Translations under genes and position numbers: made by a program | Notes under the pieces: generated by a model | Database searches by the model: none | What the model saw: the letters and a program-made list of their open reading frames with translations, nothing else | Told to the model about the DNA's origin: nothing | Origin: Callorhinchus milii | Taxonomy: Eukaryota | Assembly (NCBI RefSeq): GCF_018977255.1 | Contig: NW_024704742.1 | Span: forward strand, 114,020,001-114,084,000 | Reading direction: 5' to 3' | Length of the DNA stretch: 64,000 nucleotides | In this document: positions 1 through 11,984 of the stretch, one piece after another | Layout: each line of letters starts with the position of its first letter | Numbering within the stretch: the stretch's first letter is position 1

Positions 1-135
1 CTTAAATTGGCCACCGCGTTTCGTCCACATTGCAGTCCATTCACTTTAAAGTATATTCTATGAGACGTCTCGAAGATGTGATAAGGCACTATATGAAATG
101 TAAGGATTATTATTATTATTCATTTTATTATTATT
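1..135 (+). mobile_element. 3' part of Deu-type SINE with (ATT)n tail
   Basis: attggccaccgcgttt...ttcacttta...gagacgtctc...aaatgtaaggattattatt matches the 3' end of the SINE copies elsewhere in the window. Confidence 0.8.
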
Positions 136-682
136 CATCTGCAAAGGTAAACCAGAACATGTTACAAGTTAATTAGGTGTATCCAGGGAAAAGATTAATG
201 CCTCCCAGGAATAACTCAGGAAAAATATAGTTTTAGCAAGTATGAATGAAAGTGACCACTCAAGAGGCAAATATATTTGATGTGAGTATTTTAAGTGGAC
301 AACGCTTTGCTATGATCTCATAAACACTACAGGCGCAACCATCGTGATGGAAATGTGGAGGGAATGGGTTGGTGACTTCTTATTTTACCCTCCTCAGTGA
401 CCGCATTTATCAAGGTTGCGATAATCACAACTGGTGACAATTAAAACATCAAATGTTGCAACATTCACAAGGTTAAGTTTTTGGCAGCATAAACAGATCA
501 AATTTCTCAGAACCTGGATTGATGTATATCACACGCTCATATGATTTGGTCAGTATTGCTATGAAAAGTTCATTAAAATGGCTTTATGCATGCTTATAAA
601 ATAGCAGAGAATTTGGGGGTCATTGTGTCATCTGTAATATTTTTCTTTAAATGTCCTATAAAATGTTTCAAATGTTCCTTAC

Positions 683-719
683 CATAGAGGACTGAGCTAC
701 AGGTATCTTGCCATAATAC
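683..719 (-). other. candidate 37-nt exon of an unidentified minus-strand transcript
   Basis: ctgtgctacag|GTATTATGG...CTCTATG|gtaagg; two frames open; no recognisable product. Confidence 0.2.
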
Positions 720-774
720 CTGTAGCACAGGTAATAATGATAATAATTTTAATGAATAATGAACAAGGATGTTT

Positions 775-905
775 TTCAAGAGGAAGAATATAAACAGGGA
801 AAAAGCAGGGAATTGAAATTAGAGTAATCACCTCCCATGGATGAGCTAGTATCACCTTAGGTTCAATGGGAATGGCCTCCTTAATTGCTGGTACTGCTGT
901 GATTC
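775..905 (+). mobile_element. degraded CR1 LINE 3' end
   Basis: gggaaaaagcaggg...aatggcctcctt...tgtgattc resembles CR1 3' UTR stem and tail. Confidence 0.5.
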
Positions 906-1517
906 GATGTATCTACAATGCATGAGCAAACACAGAACTGTTGAGGAATATGGATACAGATAAGGTCAAAGAAATCGGATTCTTTCTAACACCCCTTTTA
1001 GTAGATTAATTATTCATAGGGCAAGTAGTTCAACGTGTACTTGCCAACATAAACATTTAAATATGTAAAAAAAAATTGTCAACTATAAAGGAACCATAAA
1101 TACAATGCTTGAAATATATCGTAGAAATGACACAAATTTCAAAAGTTTGAAGTTATTGCATCTATTATTACTTTCACTATTGCGGTTAAACTATATCCCT
1201 GGGGACTCATAGTTCTTGGGTAAAGATGGGTGTCCTATGTCAATAAAGTCAAATTTGGGTTTTCCATGATTGATTAAAGTGAATGTCTGGGGACATTTGT
1301 TTTGGATAAACAGCTTTTCTTATAAACGTACTGGATTATCTAAAAACCTTGCACTCTGAATCCAAACTGAAGGAACTTGATAGCTTTCAGTAAATTCCCA
1401 CTGTTCTCTGCTCATTAAACTGAAGCAGCCTTTTGTTTGCTTTCCAAGCTGTCTTCAACCTTCCTGAGGGACTTAAGCTCTGCAAGAGAAATGTCTTTCC
1501 ATGATCAGCTCACTCAC

Positions 1518-1640
1518 TCCAGCATCTTTGTGGTAAAGAAGCAACAGCTGTGCTTTTGGAAGGTGAACAAACCCACTGCTATAGAAACATGGTAGCATTT
1601 GTACAGCTTGAATGTGGTCTGCGGGTGGACATATGGACAT
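1518..1640 (-). other. candidate 123-nt exon of an unidentified minus-strand transcript
   Basis: gctaagcatttctctcttgtctctccag| acceptor and GGA|gtgagt donor; length a multiple of 3; two frames open. Confidence 0.3.
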
Positions 1641-2558
1641 CTGGAGAGACAAGAGAGAAATGCTTAGCCTTGCAGTGAAACTCATCCAGCTGTGTATGTC
1701 ACTAGCATCAGGAATTGCTGGAAGCAAATTTGCACCGTGCCAGCTGCAGACACTGACACCAAGCCAATAATATAGGATCCAGCATCTACATTGCACTTCA
1801 CTGAGGATATGGCAGGGCTCCAGGCAGCAAATCTACATATATTACAGTGCAAGGATGCCAGTGCCTACTTTTCTCAACACACATGAATATATTGAGACTT
1901 TCCTCCTGTAGCAGGTGCTGACGTTCTTCATCTTGTTCAGAAAAAGGCCTAAAATAACAGACATTTTAAATTCCTGTGAAATCGAAGGGAGCAGAGATCA
2001 GGACACAGCGACAAAGAAAACCTTCCCCTTAAGATGTAATTTCAAATTGTATTGTTAGTTTTATGATTGCAACTCTATTTACTCATTTATTTAGACACTG
2101 CAATTTCTCCCTCAATTAAACTTAATTTCTGCCATCTATTCCTCGCATGCCATTCCAGACTAATGCAAATGATTATCCGAAAAGAAGCATATGGAATATA
2201 TGATTAGTAGTAATACTGACCCCAATGAACTCCGAATTATGTTACACAATACAATAATGTTAGAAGCTATCATGCAATACATTGTTTATCACTCCTTCAC
2301 TAACAGAAAAGCCCTATGGTTTCAGTATTTGGCATCCAATATAAAGGGCATAAGGAACCATTATCTCAAGTTCCTGTTTTAAATAGTGGAATAAGCACAT
2401 AAAACATATAATAATCACAAAAAGGTACTGAACAAATTCAATATTGAAAAGATTTGAAACATGTTAGGAAGGAGCTACTTTAATATGCTAATAACTTCCG
2501 CTTTTAAACTGGACTTTTACTAAAATTTAAACTCTTATTCACAAAAAGTACACAGTAG

Positions 2559-3001
2559 CCAAGAATGCAGATCCATAGGACTAAACATTTTTAAATATAA
2601 AATATTTGTCCTCATTACATTTTTCAGTAACTTCTGAGATTCTCTTGGCCAGAAGTTTAATTTTAAATTATTATCAATAATAGGGTGAACAAAATAATTA
2701 TTTAAATTATTATCAATTGTGTGATGACCAAAATAACTTTTAGTTAATGAGTATTATCTTTTTTAACGACAATATCTGGTTCAAGTTACAAGCATTAATT
2801 CTGAGAACTTTTCTTTATTGATTTAATTCCAAACCACACTATGCGTTGCAAGTGTTTCATCCTGGCTTTGTGCCAGGGCAGCTATTTGCCCTTCCAGTTG
2901 TTCAAACCCTTAATTTGTTTATAACTTGGCTCTAACTGGATATCTTAGCATGACAAATTCAGTACGGGAAATGGTAATTAAATGATGTGATTATCAACTA
3001 C
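2559..3001 (+). repeat. AT-rich dispersed duplicate, copy 1 (paralog of 31794-32383)
   Basis: ccaagaatgcagatccata...gtaattaaatgatgtga aligns co-linearly with 31794-32383 at about 85-88% by eye; internal ~39-bp tandem unit. Confidence 0.9.
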
Positions 3002-3009
3002 TGCTAATT

Positions 3010-4622
3010 CACCCCTTGTTCACCAGGGCTCCCTCTACCTGCTTGTCTTCCTGGACTTCCCCATCGCGTTCGACACAGTCGATCACGCCATCCTCCTCCA
3101 CCGCCTTTCCTCCATCATCCACCTCAGTGGGACCGCACTCGCCTGGTTCGAGTCCTATAATAATAATAATAATAATCGTTGCATTTGATATAGCGCTTTT
3201 CACGTCGGGAGGACGTCCCAAAGCGCTTCACAGAACACACTGTAAAGTGAATTGACTGTATATCTGTGGGCAAACGCGGCAGCCAATTGCGCACAGCAAT
3301 GTCCCACAAACAGTCGTAGATTGAAAATGACCAATTTATTATTGTTTTTGGTTTGGAGGATTATTATTAGGCGTGTGGAGTAAGGAAACTTGCCCAAGGT
3401 TTCGCCCTGCCTGGAATTGAACTCAGGTCTCTCACTTACAAAGCGAGTGCTCTAACCACTGAGCTACAGGACTCCACACCTAGTCCTACCTCACAAACCA
3501 CCAGCAGTACATCTGCATAAATGGCTTCTCCGCTCGCTCTCACCCGGTCACCTGCCGGGTACCCAAGGATCCATCCTTGGCCCCTCCTCTTTCTGATCTA
3601 CATGGTCCTCTTGGGGATGTCACCCGCATTCATGGGATACATTTCCACATGTATGCGGACGACACCCAACTCTACTTTTCCACCTTTCTTTGCGACCCCC
3701 AGTCCCCTGATGTTCTGTCAGCCTGCCTGTCAGACCTCAGGTGCTGGATGAGCGCAAACTTCCTTCAGCTGAACGTTGACAAGACGGAAGCCATACTCTT
3801 CGGCTCTCGTCAACGTCTAAAATCTCATGGTTCTCACCTCCTCCACCTACCCGACCTCCCCCTAAAACTCTCCAAACCTGTACGCAACCTAGGCGTCAGG
3901 TTTGACCCCCAATTATCCTTCCTCCTCCACATCCGGTCCCTCACCAGCACCGCTTTCTTCCACCTCCATCACATCGCCCGTCTCCGCCAATACGTCTCCC
4001 CAAAAGCCTCTGAAACTCTGGTCCATGCCTTTGTCACCTCTTGGCTGAACTATTCTAACGCCCTCCTCACCGGTCTCCCAGCCACTACCATCTATAAAAT
4101 CCAACTCATTCAGAACTCTGCCGCCTGCATTCTCACCCGCACCAAACTCCGCTCCCCGATCACCTCAGGCCTTGCCAGACTGCACTGGCTGCCTATCCCA
4201 GACAGGATCGACTTCAAGATCCTCACCCTCGTATTCAAGTCCCTGCACTCCTCTGCAACCCCTACCTCTCTGACTTCCTTTCTCCTCAAAACAGCACCCA
4301 TTGTCTTCGTTCCTCCGGGTCTGGTCTCCTCCTTGACCCCCGAGTCATCCGCTCCACCCTCAGCGGCCGTGCCTTCAGCCACTATGCCACGAGGCTATGG
4401 AACTGCCTTCCTCACTCCCTTCATCTCGTTCCCTCCCTTCCCATTTTCAGGTCTCTGCTGAAGACATTTCTTTTCGATCGTGCCTTTGGTGACCTTCCCC
4501 CTCCTCTCCCTGGCTCGGTCCCAGCATCCAAACCTGTAAAGCGCTCTGAGACGCCGTCCGGAGTGGAGGGCGCTATATAAATCCAAGTTGTTGTTATTGT
4601 TATTGTTGGAGTTGTTGCTGTT
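3010..4622 (+). mobile_element. 5'-truncated L2 LINE (RT half of ORF2 plus 3' UTR), interrupted by a SINE
   Basis: [10 protein letters not shown] and NFLQLNVDKTEAILFGS in ORF 3577-4461; tail gcgctatataaatccaag(ttg)n. Confidence 0.92.
3158..3475 (-). mobile_element. young tRNA-derived SINE (short subfamily) inserted in L2
   Basis: head GGAGTCCTGTAGCTCAGTGGTTAGAGCACTCGC, B-box-like GAGTTCAATTCC, (ATT)n tail; TSD agtccta at 3151-3157 and 3482-3488. Confidence 0.95.
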
Positions 4623-5211
4623 TCTGTCCATTTTGGAGAGATGGTTTGACCAAACAAAAATTACATTTGCATAGTGCCTTTCACGTTGGGGGAACATTCC
4701 AAGGCGCTAGACAATCAATGTTTCGGACCTAAACTGGGGTTTGGGATCTGGGAGGGTGGAGGGCAGCAGGGGGAAGGAGGGTGATCTCATGTCTCTATTA
4801 TAAACATTGCTGCTCTTAGATCTTATTTGAGTCAACTTACAGACACCCTGGGTATAAGAATAAACACAATTTCAATCAATAGGATGAAAAAGGAAAAATA
4901 GGGATGCTGCAAAACCCCAGCTGGTCAGTCAGCATCTGAAAGAAGAAATAAAGGTTTTAGCTACAGGAACCTTACAGTGGGTGTGAAACTGTGACCTGGG
5001 GATCCCTACTTCATATAATCTATATAATAATAAGCCTTGCATAATATTTCTGAAAACTAGTTTGTGTTTCTACATATAGTAATATTTTTTGCATTTGGTA
5101 TAGCGCCTTATCATGTCATTGAGATGTCTAAATGGGCTTCACGGGATTTTCCTGTAAAGTGTGGTGACTGTATTTGTAGGCAAGTATGGCATCCAATTTG
5201 CACACAGCAAT

Positions 5212-5818
5212 ACAACAACAACAACAAGATTCCATTTATAAAGCGCCTTTCACGTCAGGAGGACGTCCCAAGGCGCTGCACAGTTGGGTCATGACCCGAG
5301 CAGGGGGGAAATGGTCAGGGTGAGGGGAGGGAAGGGAGGGAGCGAGGAGGGGGAAATGGTCAGGGTGAGGGGAGGGATGGGAGGGAGCGAGAAGGGGAAG
5401 AGAGTCGAGAGGGGAGCTGAAGGCTCGGTCAAAGAGAAAGGTTTTGAGACCGGCCTTGAAGGAGGAAAGGGAGGAGGCGGCGAAGGCACTGGGGATAGAG
5501 TTCCAGAGCCTCGGGGCTGAGAGGCTGAAGGCCCGACCACCAATGGTAGGGCGATTGGGGCGGGGGACGTGGAGCAGACCGGAGCCGGAGGAACGGAGGG
5601 TACGGGCAGGTAGGTAGGGGATAGTAGGTTGGAGAGGTAGGAGGGAGCAAGGCCATGAATGGCCTTGTAGGTGAGGATGAGGATCTTGAAATCAATCCTC
5701 TGGGGATGGGGAGCCAGTGGAGGCGAGCGAGGGTGGGAGTGATGTGGTCGCGAAGCCTGGTGCGGGACAGTACACGAGCTGCAGAGTTCTGAATGACCTG
5801 CAGCTTGTGGAGGGAGGT
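5212..5818 (-). mobile_element. young 5'-truncated L2 inserted into an older SINE (5078-5211 plus 5819-5860)
   Basis: near-identical to 11365-11984; [27 protein letters not shown] sequence cacacagcaat|gtctcacaaacagc rejoins across it. Confidence 0.95.
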
Positions 5819-6694
5819 GAATGTCTCACAAACAGCCATAACCATGAAATAAATGATGAATTTCAGCAAGTTATATTACTATCATCACAACTTGCATTTT
5901 TCTCCCTTTCATGTTTCCATGATTTAATTTAGGCAGTTTCTGTTTTTGTTTATTTGTTCTCTCTAAGTTTCTCCACTGTTGATGACTCATGCTGCACACA
6001 GTTCCACCAGAACGACCTGACCTCCAGTTTATCATCCATGTCACCATTCTATGGCTTGAGCCAAGATCCTGAATGTCGGCAAAGCTCACAGAGACAGGAT
6101 CAAGTGTGGGAATCGTGGCTCAATTATCCACTCTGGACCCCAGATTTGTTGAAACCAATTGTTGTGCCCCTATTGCTTTCCTAACTGAGATCATCTAATT
6201 TAATCAGTTCTAACTCAGGAGCTTATGATTCTGTGCGCCTTAGTATCATACAAAGCATCCAAGGAGCCATGAGCAGACATGTTTTAGAATGTACACAGAG
6301 AGGTTAATGGATCAGCTTGAAGAACTGTGAAAAAACATTAAATGAATTTAAGATAGTCTTTTGAGAGCAATGAAGGTTGCGCAAAACATACAACGCTGCT
6401 ATTGAAATCCATGAGAGGAAACATTCATGTTAATAAACCCTTGGTGACAAAAACAGGTAGCAGAAGAAAACAGCTGCAATTCGATATTTGCAAGAAATTT
6501 TCTCTTGAGTTATTCTCAAACTGTTGGATTACCATCCAACCACAGTCACAGCATAGTTAATGCAGTCACAAATTTATATTTTGAAAAGTTTATTGGTGCA
6601 GGAGCAAAGAAGTAGGAAGCAAATAGGAATACAGTTCATTGAAAAACCTTTCATGTTTTGGGATCTGGATCATAAGCTGCATTTATATTGCAAC

Positions 6695-7150
6695 TTTGGT
6701 TCACTTGGTAGAACTGTGGTCTCTGGGCAAGGAAGTTGTGAGTTCAATCACATGAGGTTAAAGCATCTCTCTAACCCATATCCCTGCATTGGGTTTTCAG
6801 TTTATAATCTAGTGCAATAGTGGGGCCTTACTCCATTGTCAGATGTGCCATCTTTCTGATGAGACATTAAACTGAGGTCCCAAACAATAACAACAACAAC
6901 AACAAAATTACATTTATAGAGCGCCTTTCACGTCGGGAGGACGTCCAAAAACTGGTGGATATTAAAGATCCCATAAAGAGAGGGTGATACTGGCCAATAA
7001 TCCTCCACATCAATTTATTATTTCCTCCATGGATGCTTGTGACCTTGTTGGTATAAATGGCTACTGTGTTTGCCTACACAAACAGTCACCACATTTGATT
7101 GCAATTGCCTGTGTGGTGCTGTGGGATGCTTCAATGACAGGTTGCTGTCA
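6695..7150 (+). mobile_element. old SacSINE1/DeuSINE-like SINE split by a short minus-strand L2 tail (6884-6950)
   Basis: tttctgatgagacattaaactgagg...gtggatattaaagatccc Deu-like motifs; (caa)n-atttatagagcgcctttcacg insert. Confidence 0.7.
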
Positions 7151-8360
7151 AGCACAAGTGCTCTTTGAATTTGGTGGCACGTCACCAGAGACACTGAACT
7201 CTTCTAGGGTTAGGAGTATCCCTGGCCCCTGGAGGCACGCATAGTTAGAGGCAGTAAAGTAGATCTCTCACAGATCTTCCAACAATAACAGCTACCAACA
7301 TTTCCTGACTGAATATAATAATAATACTAATAATAATCCTTGCATGTCCATGTAGGCCAGAGATTCAGCTTTTGTATCCCCAGGCTAGGGACCTTTCTCA
7401 CAGAATCTTAAGGACTCAATTTCTGACTTTGAAACAAGTGCGGTTTGAGGGTTTGTACTTGTGTGGCTGTTTGTGAACAGTCTCGTGTTGTCCAGCATAC
7501 TCAGAGCACTACTGACCCGCTTCTGATCTACAAGGGTGTCCACAAAGTTCTCTTATCCCTTATTATAGAACAACAAAACAAGTCTGCAGAGGAACTGAAA
7601 CAAGCTGTCAGAGATACATTTTGCCTCATTACTCCATCCATGTTACAGAAGATGTCACACAAACATTTCGTGGATCATTATCTGCCATGGACGTCTGAAT
7701 GCATCTGATCCTCTGGACATCTGAATACAATTAAGCACTTCTAAATACAATTATCATCATTCTTCCACATGTTTGAGTTGTTAGTCAGTGCACCGAAGAA
7801 AAAAAAATTACAATTTTAAAGCGCCTTTCACATCAAGAGTTTCTGGACAGATAGTGATCCCTACCCGAGCTGATGGTTGGGATCAGGACGGGTGGAGGGC
7901 GAGGAGGGTAGCGTTAGGAGGGTGATCGAAGGCACGGTCTTGAGACGGGTCTTGCAGGAGGCAAGGGAGGGGTCGAGGTGGAGCGATTCTAGGATAGAGT
8001 TCCAGAGGGTGGGAGTAGAGAGTCTGAAGGTCTCTGAAGGTCTGAAGGCAAGGCGGGGGACGTGACATGGGCCAGAGCCCACTGAGCGGAGGGATTGGAC
8101 AGGTTAGTAGGGGGTTAGGAGGTCACAGAGGTAGGGGGGAGCAAGGCCATGGAGGGCATCCTCACACACCACCTCTCCGCTTTATTCAATCTTCACGGAC
8201 CTGCCCTTGCCTGGTTCGATTCCTCTCTCTCGCACCATCTCCACTTTGTTGCTCTAACGGTTTCTCCTCCAGCCCCCGCACTGTCACATCTGGCGTCCCC
8301 CAGGGCTCTGTTCTTGGCCCTCTCCTCTTTAATATCTACATACTCCCCCTTGGTGACGTC

Positions 8361-11300
8361 TATCCCCACTTGACCCTCCCACAACCTCCCTCTGCTCCAG
8401 CCTGGGAATCCTCCGCCGGGCTCACCGCGGCACTCGGCGTTGGCTGTCCAGCAGCAGCCACACCGACTGCCCCATTCCCCACCACACTCGCAACCCACGC
8501 CGGGCACAGACCCGGGGAGTCAACCTCTCCTCCCTCATCCCCATTCCCCCCACCCCTGCCTCACAACCTGGACGCCCTTCCCCTCCCACACACCCTTCTG
8601 TCAACCGCTCCCTCCACATCGGACTGCAAAATGTCCGCTCCCTCTGCAACAAGGCCCTGGTCATCAACGATCTCATCCTTGATGAGAGCGTTGATATCAT
8701 GGCATTAACAGAAACCTGGCTCACCCCAGGCGACACCTTCCCCCTCACGGAGGCCACGCCACCCGGCTACACCTCCCACCACATCCCCCGCCCCAACCGC
8801 CGTGGCGGTGGTGTTGCCCTTATCTCAAGGACACCACTTGCCCTATCCCCCTACTCCACTGGCTCTTTCCCCTCCTTTGAGCACCTCACCCTCTCCCACC
8901 CCTCATTCCTCTCCCTTAAAATCCTCCTCCTCTACCGGCCCCCTAAAACCTCTCCCACCTTCATCTCTGACATTTCAACACTCCTCACATCTCTTTGCCT
9001 CTGCTCCGATCGCCTCATCATCCTGGGCGACTTTAACCTACACTTCACAACCTCCTGCTCCATCTCCACAGACTTCTCTTCCCTGCTCTCCTCACTCAAC
9101 CTCTCCTTACACATAAACTCCCCCACTCACAGTCACGGCCACCCACTCGATTTGGTGATCACCCGGGGCCTCAGTGTCTCGGATGTCACTATTACCGACA
9201 AGGCAATCTCTGACCACCACTTCATCTCCTTCACCACCTCCACCCCCCTCCCCACCTCCACCAGACCCACCACCATCTTCTACCGCCCTTGGAAGAAGTT
9301 ACCCCCACAATCCCTAACCGATGCCTTGGAGTCCTCTGAACTCCTCTCCCTCTGGCCTTCAACCCTCACTGACCCCTCTTCTCCTCTCTCCCTCCTCCAC
9401 AATAATAATAATAATAATAATAATCCTTGCATTTGATATAGCGCTTTTCACGTCGGGAGGACGTCCCAAAGCGCTTCACAGAACACACTGTAAAGTGAAT
9501 TGACTGTATATTTGTGGGCGAACGCGGCAGCCAATTGCGCACAGCAATGTCCCACAAACAGTCGTAGATTGAAAATGACCAATTTAATTATTGTTTTTGG
9601 TTTTTTTTTTGGAGGGATTATTATTAGGCATGTGGAGTAAGGAAACTTGCCCAAGGTTTCGCCCTGCCTGGAATTGAACTCAGGTCTCTCACTTGCAAAG
9701 CGAGTGCTCTAACCACTGAGCTACAGGACTCCACAATACCCTCTCCTCCACACTCGATACTCTTGCCCCCATCACTTCCCGCACTGTCTCCTACTCCCGC
9801 TCCTCCCCCTGGTACACCACCCACCTCCGCTCACTGAAAAGCCAGGTGCGGGCCGCTGAACGCACCTGTGTCAAATCTGGCCTAACGGTCCACCGACAAA
9901 TCTGGCTGGACCTCCTCAAAATTTACCGCTCCACTCTAGCCTCGGCCAAGTCGTCCTTCTACTCCAGGATAATCCTGGAGGCGAAGAACAACCCCAGGCT
10001 ACTGTTTTCCACCACAACCCGACTCCTCCGTCCCCCCCGCCACCCCGCGCAGGTCATCTCCTCCAACCTTCACTGCGAGGAGATGCTGGATTTCCTTGAA
10101 TCCAAGATCAAGGGAATCCGCTCCGCGGTCACTTCCCCTCCAACTTCCACCCACCACCCACCCCTTCCCTCCCACACTCCGACTCCTACCCATCCTCCCC
10201 TACACACCTTCGTACCCGTTTCCCCACCCTCTGTCACTGAACTCATCCTATCCCTAAAACCAACCACCTGCTCCCTTGACCCCATCCCCACTCCACTCCT
10301 TATCTCCCAGCTCCACTTTCTTGCCCCACATATCACTGACATCATCAACCTGTCCCTCTCCTCTGGCTCTGTCCCCATTCCATTAAAAACTGCCATCATC
10401 ACGCCCACCCTGAAAAAACCCTCCCTTGATGCGTCGCAGCTATCAAGCTACCGGCCCATCTCCAACCTCCCCTTTCTCTCCAAGGTCTTGGAAAGAGTTG
10501 TCGCCTCCCAACTGCGCTCTTTCCTTTCCACCCATTCTCTTTTCGAACCCCTTCAGTCAGGTTTCCGTGCTGCCCATAGCACAGAAACTGCCCTGGTCAA
10601 GGTCACCAATGATATCCTGACCATCTGTGACCAGGGCTCCCTCTGTCTCCTCGTCCTCCTCGACCTATCGGCAGCATTCGATACGGTCGACCACGCTATC
10701 CTACTCCACCGCTTGTCCTCCCACCTCAACCTTCAAGGCACTGTCCTTGAATGGTTTAGGTCGTACCTTTCTCACCGTCTTCACTTTGTCTCGACGAATG
10801 GCTTCTCCTCCACCCCCCGCACTGTCTCATGTGGTGTCCCTCAGGGCTCTGTCCTTGGTCCCCTCCTCTTCACCCTCTATATGCTCCCCCTTGGTGACAT
10901 CATCCGCAGACATGGAGTTAACTTCCACATGTATGCGGATGACACCCAACTCTACCTTTCCTCCTCTACTCTCAACTCCACGACCACCGATGTCCTGACA
11001 GCCTGCCTGTCCGACATCGAGTCCTGGACGAGAGACAACTTTCTTCAGCTCAACGTGCGAAAAACCGAGGCCCTCCTGATTGGCTCACGTCAGCGCCTCC
11101 GCACCTCAGGCGCTGACACCATCAGCATCCAAGGCTGCACTCTCCACCTCTCAAAGCCAGTCAGGAACCTCGGCGTTTTGTTCGACCCTGAGCTGTCCTT
11201 TCTCCCTCACATCCGCACCACAACTGGCACCGCCTTCCATCACCTCCGGAACATCGCCAGACTACGGCATTACCTCACCCCTCACGCTGCTGAAACCCTG

Positions 11301-11984
11301 GTTCACGCCTTTGTCACCTCAAGGCTGGACTATGGGAACTCTCTCCTCGCCGGCCTTCCCGCCACCTCCCTCCACAAGCTGCAGGTCATTCAGAACTCTG
11401 CAGCTCGTGTACTGTCCCGCACCAGGCTTCGGGACCACATCACTCCCACCCTCGCTCGCCTCCACTGGCTCCCCATCCCCCAGAGGATTGATTTCAAGAT
11501 CCTCATCCTCACCTACAAGGCCATTCACGGCCTTGCTCCCTCCTACCTCTCCAACCTACTATCCCCCTACCTACCTGCCCGTACCCTCCGTTCCTCTGGC
11601 TCCGGTCTGCTCCACGTCCCCCGCCCCAACCGCCCTACCATCGGTGGTCGGGCCTTCAGCCTCTCAGCCCCAGGCTCTGGAACTCCATCCCCCAGTGCCT
11701 TCGCCTTGCTTCCTCCCTTTCCTCCTTCAAGGCCGGTCTCAAAACCTTTCTCTTTGACCGTGCCTTCAGCTCCCCTCTCGACTCTCTTCCCCCTCCTCGC
11801 TCCCTCCCTTCCCTCCCCTCACCCTGACCATTTCCCCCCTCCTCGCTCCCTCCCTTCCCTTCCCTCCCCTCACCCTGACCATTTCCCCCTGCTCGGGTCA
11901 TGACCCAACTGTGCAGCGCCTTGGGACGTCCTCCTGACGTGAAAGGCGCTTTATAAATGGAATCTTGTTGTTGTTGTTGTTGTT
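8361..11984 (+). pseudogene. near-full-length young L2 ORF2 (APE endonuclease plus reverse transcriptase) with 3' UTR and (TTG)n tail
   Basis: EN motifs LQNVRSL, ALTETWL, RGGGVA, LYRPP, ILGDFN, LDLVI, SDHH; RT motifs [35 protein letters not shown]; one SINE insertion and one -1 frameshift near 11670. Confidence 0.97.
9399..9732 (-). mobile_element. young tRNA-derived SINE (short subfamily) inserted in L2 ORF2
   Basis: full head-to-tail copy; TSD acaata at 9399-9404 and 9733-9738. Confidence 0.96.

Noticed and set aside
2640..2750. CRISPR-like array
   Set aside because: Head-to-tail ~39-bp minisatellite without unique spacers, in eukaryotic DNA
4893..4960. Second copy of the Penelope-derived hairpin
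   Set aside because: Only a weak half-arm resemblance; too degraded to support
5968..6184. Plus-strand terminal exon after a strong pyrimidine tract
   Set aside because: No recognisable peptide and no linked upstream exon; same for acceptors near 1448, 40344 and 55872
6850..6885. Hammerhead at CTGATGA
   Set aside because: Part of the Deu-like SINE body; no stem II-GAAA follows
9846..11903. 685-aa host protein gene
   Set aside because: RT half of L2 ORF2; the start is created by the SINE insertion and the Pro-rich C-terminus by a frameshift into the 3' UTR
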